Counted from the first letter of the stretch, positions 9,210 through 20,366 are shown. The stretch: 64,000 nt of DNA from an uncultured delta proteobacterium (GCA_963803435.1 CAWDML010000001.1:224001-288000), one strand, 5' to 3'. A program made the numbers and translations. The notes: generated by a model not told the origin, from the letters alone.

Positions 9210-11570
9210 GTGCGGGGGCTGATCGCGCTCTGCCTGCTCGCCGCCTGCGGCAAGGAGAACGTGAACGTCGCGCTCCCGATCGGGCCCGACGATCGCGCGC
9301 TCATCCTCGCCGTCGAGGACGGCGCGGACATGAATGTCTACGCCTTCGACGTGGGAAACGGGCGTCAACCCATCTTGCAGACGCTCCTCCCCGCGTACGT
9401 CGGCAGCTACGAGGTCCGCCTGACCGCGATGCTGTACGATCGCGCCCTCGCGCAGCTCGCGCTCGAGGAGGGCGCCGTGCTGCCCGCCGGCGACGCCCCG
9501 GGCCGGCCCATCCCCTCCGCCCCCTCGACGCTCACCACGTCCGTGTTCGGCGCCGAGATCGGCGAGTGGAGCCCGGTGGAACGTCCCGACGCCCACGTCC
9601 TCGAGTTCCGGATCCCGACGCTCCCCGTCGAGGACTGCATCCAGAGCGGCGGTTGCGTCGATCCGGCGAGCGAGGCCTGCCTGGTCCCCTGCCCCGACGC
9701 CACCGAGCCCGCGCCGCCGATGCCGGCGGCGATCCCGACCGCGAGCTGTGCGCCCGGATGGGACGACGTCGAGGTCGCCCCCGAGGTCGCCGCGTGCACC
9801 CCGTGGATCGACGGCCCGCCCGCTTGCACCGGCGAGCAGACCATTTTCCCCGGCGAGGGCGCGTGCCACGCCCTGGGGCCGGGATGTCCGAGCGGTGACT
9901 TCGCGACCGACCTCCCGCCCGGGCCACGGCTCTACGTGCGGGCGGGCGCGACCGGCGGAGATGGCACCGCGGGGGCGCCGCTCGGCTCGATCCAGTCCGC
10001 GATCGATCAGGCCACCGGCGGCGAGGTGATCGTCGTGGGCGCCGGGACATACCGCGAGCGCGTCCAGCTCACCAAGGCGGTGACGCTCTTCGGCGCCTGC
10101 CCCGAGGCGACCACGATCGACGGCCCGAGCCCCACCGCGATCAACGCCGCCGTGCAGGGCGCCGCGGTCCACAACCTGCGCATCACCGGAGACCAGGACG
10201 GCGTCCGTCTCGACGGCGGGGCCTCGCTGGTGCTCAGCGACGCGATCATCGAGGGCACCGGCGGCACCGGCATCGCGATGCTCAACGCGGCCCGCGCCAA
10301 TCTCTCGAACGTCCTGGTCCGGAACACCCATGACGAGTGCCTCTGGATGCAGGGCCGGGCGCAGCTGTTCGGGACGAAGGTCCACCTCAGCAGCGGCGGC
10401 GGCGGCATCCTGACCCTCGATCACGCCGCGCTCACGCTCACCGACGCCGTGGTCAGGGACGGGCTCTCCAACCCGGGCGGCGACTTCGGGCGCGGCGCCA
10501 ACATCCAGAACGATGCCAGCGCCAACATCCGGCGGAGCTGGTTCGGCAACCACCACGACATCGCGATCTTCGTCTCGACGGCGCAGGCGAGCCTCGACCA
10601 GGTCGTGCTCTACGGTACCCGGAGCCGCCCCCAGGACGGAGCGGCCGGGTTCGGTCTGCTCGCCCAGAACGGCGCGCAGGTCACGGTGCGCAACACCTGG
10701 ATCGACCAGAACCAGCAGGCGAACGTCTACCTCTTCGGCGGCGACACCAACGTGACGATCGAGGACAGCATCCTCTCCCACGCTCATCTCGACGACCACC
10801 AAGGGGGCGGCTTCAACGCGCAGATCATCGCGGGGACCACGGCAACGCTGCGCCGCGTGGTCGCGGTCGACCCGGCGTTCACCAACATCACGATCGGTGA
10901 CGGGAACGTCACCCTCGAGGACGTCACGGTGCTCGGCAGCGGCGTCAACTCGGGTCGCGAGGCCGGCGACGGCCTCCACGTCGACGGCGACGTCCACCTG
11001 ATGGCGACCCGGCTTCGGGTCGAGGACGCCGTCGGGCAGGCCCTCGACCTCAACGGGGTCAACACCCACGCCGACCTCTCCGACGTCGACATCCTTCGAG
11101 CCGGCAGCGCCGACTGCTTCTTCTGCTCCGGCCTCTGCCTCGACAACACCGCCCACGCGGAGAGGGCCCTCCGGGTGCGGGTCGACAGCGTCCACGGCTG
11201 CGGCATGGTCGGAAACGACCAGGACACGCTCTTGAGGGCCCAGGATGTGACGATCGTCGGGACCGAGTACTCCGCCGCCTGCGTCCTCAACCACCCGGCC
11301 CGGGACATCGGCCGCGGCGTCGGGCTCTACGTCACCGACGGGGCCAAGGTCACGGTCGATCGCTTCCTCATCACCGGAAATCTCGAGACCGGCGTGGTCG
11401 TCGCCCAGTATCTGCCGCTCGCGATGGACACCTCGCTCGACCTCTCGTTCGGCGCGATCACCGACAACCAGATCGGCGCCAGCATGCTGATCGAGGGCTA
11501 CGACGCCCGGCGCCTGGCCAACCGCGTCGTGTACTCGAACAACCAGACCAACCTCAACTACGATCAGTGA
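9210..11570 (+). CDS. Secreted lipoprotein with a Cys-rich region and a right-handed parallel beta-helix
   Basis: Lipobox LAAC; Cys-rich linker; LYVRAGA..GDGT..AP..SIQ.AI..A..G..I.VGAGTYRE beta-helix cap followed by periodic beta-helix strands. Confidence 0.75.
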   Translation: MRGLIALCLLAACGKENVNVALPIGPDDRALILAVEDGADMNVYAFDVGNGRQPILQTLLPAYVGSYEVRLTAMLYDRALAQLALEEGAVLPAGDAPGRPIPSAPSTLTTSVFGAEIGEWSPVERPDAHVLEFRIPTLPVEDCIQSGGCVDPASEACLVPCPDATEPAPPMPAAIPTASCAPGWDDVEVAPEVAACTPWIDGPPACTGEQTIFPGEGACHALGPGCPSGDFATDLPPGPRLYVRAGATGGDGTAGAPLGSIQSAIDQATGGEVIVVGAGTYRERVQLTKAVTLFGACPEATTIDGPSPTAINAAVQGAAVHNLRITGDQDGVRLDGGASLVLSDAIIEGTGGTGIAMLNAARANLSNVLVRNTHDECLWMQGRAQLFGTKVHLSSGGGGILTLDHAALTLTDAVVRDGLSNPGGDFGRGANIQNDASANIRRSWFGNHHDIAIFVSTAQASLDQVVLYGTRSRPQDGAAGFGLLAQNGAQVTVRNTWIDQNQQANVYLFGGDTNVTIEDSILSHAHLDDHQGGGFNAQIIAGTTATLRRVVAVDPAFTNITIGDGNVTLEDVTVLGSGVNSGREAGDGLHVDGDVHLMATRLRVEDAVGQALDLNGVNTHADLSDVDILRAGSADCFFCSGLCLDNTAHAERALRVRVDSVHGCGMVGNDQDTLLRAQDVTIVGTEYSAACVLNHPARDIGRGVGLYVTDGAKVTVDRFLITGNLETGVVVAQYLPLAMDTSLDLSFGAITDNQIGASMLIEGYDARRLANRVVYSNNQTNLNYDQ

Positions 11571-11586
11571 GCTATCATCACGCCGC

Positions 11587-14236
11587 TTGGCGGAGCGCGA
11601 TCTCTCACTCGGACTGTTTCGCCTCCAGCAGCCCCTGGGCCGCGGGGCCAACGGAGAAGTCTGGCGTGCCGTCCACGCGCCGAGCGGGGTACCGGTCGCC
11701 GTCAAGATCATGACCTCGCGGCACGCGCGCCGCCCCGAGGTCGCCCGCCTCCTCGAAAACGAGGTCCGCGCCGCCGCCGCCCTCGATCATCCGAACATCG
11801 TCATGCTGCTGGAGCAGGGCCGCGTCGAGCCGCCAGGCACGCCCGAGATCCCGGCCGACAGCCCATACCTGGTGATGGAGCTGGCCTCGGGCGGCACGCT
11901 GGATCGCATCCGCAAGCTGATCCGCTACGAGGAGCTGCGCGCGATCCTGCTGGCGCTGCTCGACGCGCTCGCGCACGCCCACGCGCGCGGCGTGATCCAT
12001 CGCGACCTCACACCCCGGAACATCTTGATCGCGAAGAAGGAGGACGTGCGACCCGGCTTCAAGATCGCCGACTTCGGGATCGCGCTCCCGCTCGAGCGCC
12101 CGCTCGACGCGCCGGCGGCTCCGGGCCGGGAGGACTCGGTGCTGGGAACGCTCGGCTACATGGCGCCGGAGCAGCTCGGCTCCCGCTGGCGCGACTACGG
12201 TCCGTGGACCGACCTCTTCTCCCTCGGTCTGATCGCGCAGCGGCTGGCCACGGGCCGCGCGCCCTATCCGGAGGGCAGACCGAACGAGGTCTTCGAGGCC
12301 CGCCTGATGGGCCGGCGCGCCGCGCTCGATCCGCTCTTCCCGCTCCCGCTCGGGTTCCCGGGGTGGCTCGACCGCATGCTCGCGGACGATCCGGTCCGGC
12401 GCTTCCAGCGCGCGGCCGACGCCGCCTACGGCCTGGCTGAGCTCGGCACGCCGGACACGTTCGAAGACCTCGACGGCGACGGCGCGACCACGATCCGCAC
12501 CGCGATCGACGCCACCCGCCGCCGGACCTTGTCGGCGATCGACGAGGCACCGACCGATCCCCATCCGAGCGCCAATCGGCCACCGCCCACCCCCCCGTCC
12601 TGGCGACACCCTCGGCCCGCACCCCCTCCGATCCGCCTGGCCGGCGCCGGACGCGGGCTCCTCCGCCTGCGGGCCCACCCGTTCGTCGACCGCGACCAGG
12701 AGCGCGATCGGATCTGGGACGAGCTGAGGCGCACCACGGAGGACGGCCGGGCCCGGCTGGTGCTCATCTCCGGCGAGGCGGGCGTCGGCCGCAGCCGCCT
12801 CGCCGAGTGGATGTCGCAGCGTGCCCACGAGCTCGGTGTCTCCACGGTCCTGCGCGCCACCTTCCGAGACGTTCCGGGGCAGAGCGACGGCCTCGGCCCG
12901 ATGCTCGAGCGCCACTTCCGCACCGAGGGCCTCGACCCGGCCGGGGCGCTCGCGCACCTCCGCCATCGCCTGTCATGGTACGGGATCGCCGACGACCTGC
13001 TGGCCCGCGGGCTGTTCCGCTTGATGCGCCCGCCGATCGACGTCGACGAGGAGCCCCTGGGCGCCTCACCGATCGCCGATCGATACGAGCTGCTCGGCAA
13101 GTTCGCGGCGCGCATCGGGACAATCCGACCGCTCCTGATTCTGGTTCGACGACGTCCAGTTCGGGGCCGACGGCCTGTCGTTCATCGAGCACGTGCTGTC
13201 GTCGCGCCCCGCCACGCCCGTGCTGTTCCTCGCCACCGTCTCCGCCGAAGCCAGGGAGGGGCGCCTCATCGAGGCTGCGATGCTCGAGAGCTTGTTGGAG
13301 CGGCTGCCGGCGACGCGTATCGATCTCGACCCGCTCGACGACGCCTCCTACCGCGAGCTCATCGAGCAGCTCCTTCCGTTCACGCCCGCGACCGCCGAGG
13401 ATCTCGCTCGCCGCACCTCGGGGAATCCGCTCTTGGCGATGGAGCTGGTCAACGAATGGGTCGAGTCCGGCGTACTCACCTCGAGCCCTGACGGCTTCCG
13501 GATCCGGCCCGGCTCCTCGCCGTCGGTGCCCGCGGGCGTACAGCAGGTCTGGCTCGAGCAGCTCGATCGTCTCCTGTCCGATCACCCGGCCTGGTGGCCG
13601 GCGCTCGAGATCGCGGCGGTCCTCGGCATGGAGGTCGACGCCGCCGAGTGGGCGCTGGCGTGCGAGGCGGCGGGGCTCGACGTAGATGCGGAGGCCCGGG
13701 ACGCGCTCCTTCGCGGGCTCTATCGAAAGAACCTGGCGCGGGCCAGCGGGCGCGGCTTCGCGTTCGCGCAGGCCCATCTTCGACGCCTCCTGGTCGAGCG
13801 CGCGGGCGAGACGAAGCAGCTCCGCCACCTGCACTCCGCCGCCGCCGCGGCCGCCGAGCAGAGCGGCGGTGGACTTCCGGCGACCGCCGAGCGACACGCT
13901 TTCCACCTCGAGCAGGCCGGCCGCGGGCGCGAGGCGATCGGGCCGCTGCTCAGCGCCGCGCGATCGCTCCTCGACGCGAGCGATCTGATCGGCGCCCGCA
14001 CCGTGCTCGATCGACGCGACTCGATCATGGAGGCGGAGCGGGTCCCTCCGAGCGCCCACGAGTGGGGATCGGGATGGTTGCTGCGGGCGGAGATCCTGTT
14101 TCGGATGGGCCGCTACCAGGAGGCGGACACCTGCGTCGCCCGCACGCTCGAGCAGGCCCTGCGGCTGGGATGGCCCGGCATCGCCGCTGCGGCCGCCAAG
14201 CTCCAGGCGAAGATCGACGCTGCGTCGGGAGGGTGA
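11587..14236 (+). CDS. Ser/Thr protein kinase fused to an AAA/STAND-type ATPase and a helical (TPR-like) tail; frameshift near 13140
   Basis: GRGANGEV, VAVK, HRDLTPRN, DFG and APE kinase motifs; Walker A variant GEAGVGRS. Deleting one T at GATTC 13137-13141 gives Walker B LLIWFDDVQ and joins ORF 13193..14236 (GNPLL). Confidence 0.88.
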
Positions 14237-16060
14237 TCACTCCGAGGCATGGAGACCCCGCGCGAGGGCCCGCGCCCTCGCCGCCTCCACCTTCGCCGTG
14301 TACTCGGGCGACGCGAAGTACGCGATCGCCCGCGGGTCGAGCGGGAGCACGTGCATCGCAGGCTCCCACGCGCAGATCGATCCGTCCGCGTAGCGCAGCC
14401 GTCCGTCCTCGACCAAGAACGACGCATCGGCCACCGCGCGATCGCTCAGCACCTCGACCATCGCGCGGAAGCGCCCCTCCGTCTCGGTGTCCACGAATCG
14501 AAACTCCCGAGTCGCGCCGAAGGCGTTGTGGTAGTGCGCCGGGTTGTCGGTGAGGCCGCCCAGCCCGAGCCGCTTCGCCGCCTGGAACAGGAGCTCCTGC
14601 ATCTCGCGGGCGATGCCGAGACCCGGGTGGCTCTGACCCGGCAGGGGCGGCCTCGCCAGCGTGAACTCGCGGCTCGGATCCTCGAGCAGCAACCACTCGA
14701 TGTGCAGCGTCTCGATGCGGGCGGGCCCGCTCGGGAGCGGAAGCTCGATGCCGCTCCGCCGCAGTACCAGCTCGACCAGCAGCGACATCGGCGCCTCCGC
14801 ACGCTTGCGGCCGCGGACGCGCAGCAGCTGGTGTCCGGGGTCGCGCGGATCGTGATCGAGGGCCAGCTCGACCCAGCCGCGCTTCCGGATCTGGGGCAGG
14901 ATCCCGTAGCGCTCGAGCGCGTACTCCACGCCCTCGGCCGAGTAGAAGCCGAGGATGCGGCGCGACACCGGCCGACGCTCCAGCATCGCGTGGAGCTCGT
15001 CGAGCGTCAGATCGACGCTCTCGCCGCCCACCAGATCGACCGTATCGATCCCTTGCGCGATCCGTGAGAACTCCGTCCGCACGTCGCGCTGGATCGGATG
15101 CGAGATTCGACGATCGCCGCTCAGCGCGTAGCGGACCAGATGGAGCGTCGCTCGCCAGGCGTCGTCGCTGTAGCCGCCCCCGAGCGTCACCACGATCGGC
15201 GACCCGAGGCTGCGCGCCAGCTCGAGAACGAAGATGTCCCGCCCGAGCACGCCCGCGGGCGTCAGCGCGAAGGTGCCCAGGCGGTCGCCCTTCAGGACGT
15301 CGTTCCCTGCGATGAAGAAGATCAGCCCGGGCTTCAAGGACTCCAGCGCGGGCGGCAGCAGGGTGCGAACACAGCCGAGGTACTTGGCGTCGCCGACCTC
15401 GCCGCTCAGGCAGACCTCCCGGCCCGCGCTCTGCTCGACGCGGGTCCAGATCGAGCCGTGGATCGAGAAGACGAACACCGACGGATCGCCCTCGTACGCC
15501 ACCGTGTTGCCGTTGCCCTGGTGGTAGTCGAGGTCGACGATCGCGATCGGTTTGTCGAAGCCTTGGGCCCGCAGCTTGGCGATCGCCACGCCGACGTCGT
15601 TGAATACGCAGAAGCCCGCGCCCATCTCCGGCTCGGCGTGGTGGAAGCCGCCGCCCAGGTTGATCGCACACATCGAACCCGAGCGCACGGCGGCGAGGGC
15701 CGCCTCGAGCGTGCCCCCGACCGCGCGCCGCTGCGAGCGCAGGAGCTGATCGACGTCGATCTCCTCGACAGGGAGCCCGAAGATCCGCGCCAGCCGGTCA
15801 CGATCCGTGACCGACTCGAGGTACGAGAGCGGATGAAACCGGAGCAGGTCGCCGACCGAAGCGATCGGCGCGCGACGGACGTCGGTCGCCCGGATCAATC
15901 CCTCCTCGACCAGCTCGACCAGGACGCGCTCGCTCCGCCGAGGATCGAGCCCTTCGACCCGAACAGACTCCGCCATCAACGCCGGCGCGTACTCCGCGTG
16001 GTACCAGACACGGACGCGCCCTCGGAGCCGCCGGCGCGCGCGAAGCCGATGGAGCATCAC
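14237..16060 (-). CDS. Histone deacetylase family protein with a C-terminal extra domain of about 270 aa
   Basis: GGFHHA, GFCVFND, DLDYHQGNG, SIH, AGND and GGGY motifs all intact; start overlaps the dnaJ stop. Confidence 0.9.
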   Translation of the reverse strand: MMLHRLRARRRLRGRVRVWYHAEYAPALMAESVRVEGLDPRRSERVLVELVEEGLIRATDVRRAPIASVGDLLRFHPLSYLESVTDRDRLARIFGLPVEEIDVDQLLRSQRRAVGGTLEAALAAVRSGSMCAINLGGGFHHAEPEMGAGFCVFNDVGVAIAKLRAQGFDKPIAIVDLDYHQGNGNTVAYEGDPSVFVFSIHGSIWTRVEQSAGREVCLSGEVGDAKYLGCVRTLLPPALESLKPGLIFFIAGNDVLKGDRLGTFALTPAGVLGRDIFVLELARSLGSPIVVTLGGGYSDDAWRATLHLVRYALSGDRRISHPIQRDVRTEFSRIAQGIDTVDLVGGESVDLTLDELHAMLERRPVSRRILGFYSAEGVEYALERYGILPQIRKRGWVELALDHDPRDPGHQLLRVRGRKRAEAPMSLLVELVLRRSGIELPLPSGPARIETLHIEWLLLEDPSREFTLARPPLPGQSHPGLGIAREMQELLFQAAKRLGLGGLTDNPAHYHNAFGATREFRFVDTETEGRFRAMVEVLSDRAVADASFLVEDGRLRYADGSICAWEPAMHVLPLDPRAIAYFASPEYTAKVEAARARALARGLHASE

Positions 16061-17178
16061 CTCAGCTTCGCACGGACATCACCGTCGTAGAGCTTCTCCA
16101 GCTCCTCCACGGCCTGCTTGGCTTCGTCGAGAGGTTTCGGGACCTGCACCGACAAGACCGCGTACAGGTGTCCGACCGCCCGCTTCTTTCCCCCTGGCAC
16201 GCCCTTCCCCTTCAAGCGGAGCTTCTGGCCCGACTGCGATCCGGCCGGCACCTTCAGCTTCACCGGACCCTCGAGCGTGGGGATCTCAATCTCGGCCCCG
16301 AACATGGCCTCGGCGACGGTCACCGGGACCTCGATCGCGAGGTCCTGCCCGTCGCGCGTGAAGAGCTTGTGAGGCGCCACCGAGACGCTGAGCAGGAGGT
16401 CGCCGGCCGGCCCGCCGTGGTGTCCCGGCGCGCCCTGTCCAGCCAACCGGATCTTCTGCCCGTCCTTCACGCCCGCGGGGATGTGGACCTTGAGACGCGT
16501 CGGCTCCTGCGTGAGACCGCTGCCGCCGCAGATCGCGCAGGGCGGACCGGCCTGCTTCCCGGTGCCGCCGCACACCGAGCAGGGGGCTGCGAACTGCAAC
16601 CCACCTTGCGTCATGTTGAGCCGGCCGGTGCCCCCGCATCCGAGGCACTGCTTCGGCGACGTGGCGCTGCCCCGCCCCTGACAGGTGCGGCACGCCCTCG
16701 GCTTGGTCAGAGCGACGTCCTCTTCACCGCCCAGCACTGCGCGCTCGAAGCTCACCCGCATGCTGGCGACGACGTCGGGGCCGGGCCGCGGACTGCCCGC
16801 CCGCTCGCGCCGCGGCGATCCGAAGTTGAACAGGTCGCCGAGATCGAAGTCGAAGCCCAGGTCGCCGAACCCCGCGCCGGCCGGCCCGGACTTCCCGTTG
16901 GATGCGTTCGACCACTGGCGGTACGCGCCGGCCTTCTGCGGATCGAACCCGATCTGCTCCCCGTCCGCGCCGAGCTCGTCGTAGACCTTGCGCTTCTCCT
17001 GATCGGAGAGGACCTCGAAGGCGCGGTTGACCTCCTTGAACTTCTCCTCTGCAGATTTGTCGCCCGGGTTGACGTCGGGGTGGTGCTTCCGAGCCAGGCG
17101 TTTGTACGCTTTCTTGATCTCGGCCTGGCTGGCGGTCGGTTTGACGCCCAGCATCTCGTAGAAGTTCGGGGAGCTCAT
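16057..17178 (-). CDS. dnaJ: DnaJ-class molecular chaperone
   Basis: J domain (YEMLGV..IKKAY..LA..HHPD), G/F-rich region, four CxxCxGxG repeats and C-terminal domain; ATG 17178 preferred. Confidence 0.93.
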   Translation of the reverse strand: MSSPNFYEMLGVKPTASQAEIKKAYKRLARKHHPDVNPGDKSAEEKFKEVNRAFEVLSDQEKRKVYDELGADGEQIGFDPQKAGAYRQWSNASNGKSGPAGAGFGDLGFDFDLGDLFNFGSPRRERAGSPRPGPDVVASMRVSFERAVLGGEEDVALTKPRACRTCQGRGSATSPKQCLGCGGTGRLNMTQGGLQFAAPCSVCGGTGKQAGPPCAICGGSGLTQEPTRLKVHIPAGVKDGQKIRLAGQGAPGHHGGPAGDLLLSVSVAPHKLFTRDGQDLAIEVPVTVAEAMFGAEIEIPTLEGPVKLKVPAGSQSGQKLRLKGKGVPGGKKRAVGHLYAVLSVQVPKPLDEAKQAVEELEKLYDGDVRAKLR

Positions 17179-17226
17179 AACGGTCAGGGAAGGCCTCCGC
17201 GCGAGAGTAAGCACGCGCCTTTGACG

Positions 17227-18129
17227 TCAAAGACCGATCCGGGCGCGCTGATCCTCGTCCTTGTTGCCGTGGAGCTGCCAGTACTTCAATCGCTCAGACC
17301 CGCGCAACTTGGCGACCTCACCGTCGGGCCCCGTCCAGGCGATGATCCGGTGGGGAAACGCCTTTTCGACCGAGTACGTCCAGCGCTCCCCACCGTCGAG
17401 CGCCATCGAGTAGACCTCGACCTCGAAGTTGCCCGCCGGCACGGTCACCCGCTCGCTCCCGTTTGGCCGCGTCAACGTGCCCTCGGAGAAGGCCAGGGGC
17501 CGATGGAGCAGCCGGGCCCGCTCGAGCGAGCCGAGCACCGCGAGCGTCTTCGACTCTCCCTCCCGGAGGAACGGCTGCGGAAAGCTCCGCACCAGGATGA
17601 GGAGCTCGTCGATCGCGATCGCGTCCTTCGGGTAGCTGATCTTCTCCTCGCCGTCGCCTTCGCCGTCGAAGTACGAGAAGCGCTTGCGGTCGATGCGGTC
17701 GCCGTAAAAGAGGAGCTCGTCGAACACGTTGCCGCACCACTCCTGACCCGAGAACGTCATCTTCGCGGGGGCGCCCGCCCGCCGGTGGTCCTTCGGATCG
17801 AGCGCGACGAAGACGCTGGTCATCAGGTTGTAGTCGTAGATCCCGGTCTGGAAGTCCTTCACGAGGTTGAGCTTGAACGCAGGGAAGACGTCGGACGCGT
17901 CGTGCCCCGGATCCGCCTTCACGCGCGTCCGGTCGGAGAACGGCTCGGTCACGAAGATCAGGACGGCGGTCCCGTCGTGGAGCTCACCGTATCGGGGTTG
18001 GGTCAGCGCATAGCTCGAGAGCTCCGCCTTGCCGTCCTGCCAGAACGCGAGCCCGCGATCCTGTGCGTCGGCGGTGTGGAAGAGGCCTGTTGCCAGCGCG
18101 GTAGCGGCCAGAGCGATACCTGTCCTCAT
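17227..18129 (-). CDS. Conserved hypothetical exported protein
   Basis: Signal peptide MRTGIALAATALATGLFHTADA; W.DGKAE.S.Y.L.QPRYGE..G.AVLIFVTEPF, KLN..K.F.TGIY.Y..MTSVF and QEWCG blocks; normal codon usage. Confidence 0.75.
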   Translation of the reverse strand: MRTGIALAATALATGLFHTADAQDRGLAFWQDGKAELSSYALTQPRYGELHDGTAVLIFVTEPFSDRTRVKADPGHDASDVFPAFKLNLVKDFQTGIYDYNLMTSVFVALDPKDHRRAGAPAKMTFSGQEWCGNVFDELLFYGDRIDRKRFSYFDGEGDGEEKISYPKDAIAIDELLILVRSFPQPFLREGESKTLAVLGSLERARLLHRPLAFSEGTLTRPNGSERVTVPAGNFEVEVYSMALDGGERWTYSVEKAFPHRIIAWTGPDGEVAKLRGSERLKYWQLHGNKDEDQRARIGL

Positions 18130-18222
18130 CGGGTCGAGGATGGTAGGCGAGCAGCGCGAGATTTCCAAAGGGGACGAGGGCCCGCCTCCGAAGGGATGGG
18201 AGGCGGTACCCTCGCGGGGTGA

Positions 18223-20223
18223 CTACAGGCTCTTGAGATAGACCTCGAGGTCCGACATCTCGTTGTCGCTCAGGCTCGAGGTGTTGCCCATCGAACCGTC
18301 GCGGACGCGCTCGAGAAGGTCGCGCAGCGTGGCCGCCGAGCCGTCATGGAAGTACGGGGCCGTGGCGCGAATGCCGTTGAGCGGGCGAACCTTCACCGTC
18401 TCGATGCCGAGCAACGGGATGATCTCGTTGTTCGTGTACGCGGCACCGGCGTGGCAGTTGATGCACCCGACGTCGGCGCGGGCGAAGATCGCAGCGCCGC
18501 GGGCGATGCGCTCGTCGTTGCTCCCGGCCAGCGGATTGTCGATCTCCCGGGTGAAGTCCACGTACGCGGCGATGTCATCGGTGTCGGCGGAGGTCATGCC
18601 GGCCCCGCCCATGAGGCCCTGGCTGGTCTGCATCGCGTCGTCGGCGACGGTCGGACGGTCGCCCATCCAACCCACGGGCTGGTAGCGGGAGACCCGACCG
18701 GCCAGCGACGGGGTCTGGCGCAGGCCCCGCTCGAACGACCAGGTGAAGCCGTCGGTCCGGCCCTGGAAGTGACAGGTGGCGCAGGAGACGCCGGAGCCGT
18801 CGCCGCTCATGATCGGGTTGCCGGTGGCGAAGAAGAGGCGGCGCCCGCGGGCGATGTTGAAGGGAAGGTTGTCCTCAGCGAGGCTGAGACCGGCGTCTGC
18901 GCGGAGCTGATCGGGGCCGGTGGTGCCGACGCCGAATCCGCCGCCGCCGACGGGAACCTCCGGGGCTGCCTTCGCGTCGCTGGCGAAGTTCGGGTTGAGG
19001 GAGGCGCGGACCGCCGCGAGATCGATCTTCTGGATCTTGCGATCGAAGAGCGCATGCACGTAGGCGACGTCCTCGTTCAGCACGGCGACGCCCACCGGTC
19101 CGCCGGCGGTGACGATCGTGACGGTGGCGAGGAAGTTGAGCCCAACGCCGCCGCCGGGGCGACCTCCAGGAGGAGGCGCCGCGATGTCGGAGGAGACGCC
19201 GGCGCCCATGGTGGCGCCGTTCGCACGCTGCGAGAGGTCGAGCGCGAGCACCACGTCGGCGCCCTCGATCGCGACCAGGGCGAGCTCCTCGCTCGGCGTG
19301 AAGGTGATGCCGACGGGGTAGCCGTTGGCCGAGTGGAAGATCCCATTGTTCACGTCGTTGACGAAGCCAGTGACCGCGTACGGGGTGGCGGTATCGACCG
19401 CCGGCTCGCCGGTGTCGCTGTCGATGTCCACCACGACCACCGCCGGGTTGAAACGACCGCCGTAGCCGCCGCCACCGGGGAACTTGTCCTCATCGCTCGG
19501 GTCGTCCGGAATGACGGTGTCGCGATCGACGTAGAGGCTCGGGATGGCCAGGATGTCGCCGTCCGGTGAGACGGCCGGGTCGCCGGTGATCCGCTGCCCC
19601 AGCGCGAACTCGCTGCCCGTCTCGAAGTTGAAGCCAGAGACGTTGGGGAGCTCGAGCTCGGTCGCGCTGCCGCTCCGGAGATCGATGTACGTCCACTTGC
19701 CGCCGTACGTGGAGCCGACGTAGAGCGCATAGCCGCTCTTGTGGAGCGCGAGGCCGCGCGGCTCACCCGCGATCGTCCAGCTTCGCTCTTCCTGGAACGT
19801 GTCGGCGTCGTACTCGATCACCTTGCCGTCGATCGAGGCGCTCACGTAGACGTTGTTCGCGGTCGCGACCACGCCGAAGGGCTCGGCGCCGGTCTCGATC
19901 GTTCCGATGCGCGAGAGCTGGGTGCCGTCGTCGTCGAAGACGGCGACCGAGCGCTCGGCGCGGTTGGTCACATAGACGCGATTCGCAGCGCGACCGATCC
20001 GCGTCGGCTCCTTGCCGGTCTCGTAGACCTGCATGTTGCCGTCACGGAGATCGAGCCGCGCGATCGTGCCGTGGTCGGTGTTGGCGACGTAGAGCCCATG
20101 CCGGTCGAAGCCGGGCTGAACGGTGCCTCCACCCTTGGGACGCTCTCGTTCACCCGAGCAGGCCGTGGCCAGTCCGAGCGCGAGGAGCGCGAGAGAGAGA
20201 GTCGTCGAAGTCCTACCCACCAT
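18223..20223 (-). CDS. Lipoprotein: YVTN-type beta-propeller fused to a di-heme cytochrome c (bCcP/MauG-superfamily-like) domain
   Basis: Lipobox ATAC; YVAN/YVTN/YVS repeats; GRRLFF, CATCH, RQTPSL, CINCH and TAPYFHDGS motifs. Confidence 0.85.
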   Translation of the reverse strand: MVGRTSTTLSLALLALGLATACSGERERPKGGGTVQPGFDRHGLYVANTDHGTIARLDLRDGNMQVYETGKEPTRIGRAANRVYVTNRAERSVAVFDDDGTQLSRIGTIETGAEPFGVVATANNVYVSASIDGKVIEYDADTFQEERSWTIAGEPRGLALHKSGYALYVGSTYGGKWTYIDLRSGSATELELPNVSGFNFETGSEFALGQRITGDPAVSPDGDILAIPSLYVDRDTVIPDDPSDEDKFPGGGGYGGRFNPAVVVVDIDSDTGEPAVDTATPYAVTGFVNDVNNGIFHSANGYPVGITFTPSEELALVAIEGADVVLALDLSQRANGATMGAGVSSDIAAPPPGGRPGGGVGLNFLATVTIVTAGGPVGVAVLNEDVAYVHALFDRKIQKIDLAAVRASLNPNFASDAKAAPEVPVGGGGFGVGTTGPDQLRADAGLSLAEDNLPFNIARGRRLFFATGNPIMSGDGSGVSCATCHFQGRTDGFTWSFERGLRQTPSLAGRVSRYQPVGWMGDRPTVADDAMQTSQGLMGGAGMTSADTDDIAAYVDFTREIDNPLAGSNDERIARGAAIFARADVGCINCHAGAAYTNNEIIPLLGIETVKVRPLNGIRATAPYFHDGSAATLRDLLERVRDGSMGNTSSLSDNEMSDLEVYLKSL

Positions 20224-20366
20224 CGGAACCGCAAGTTCTTCACACCCCGATCCGGCCCTGAATCATTGAGCTTTCTTTGCATCTCGCCCGATCGACCTCA
20301 AGATTCTGAGAGGTCTACGGCGGCCTTGCCGCTCCTTTTGCGGGGACGTTACAAGTCGCGCGTTCG

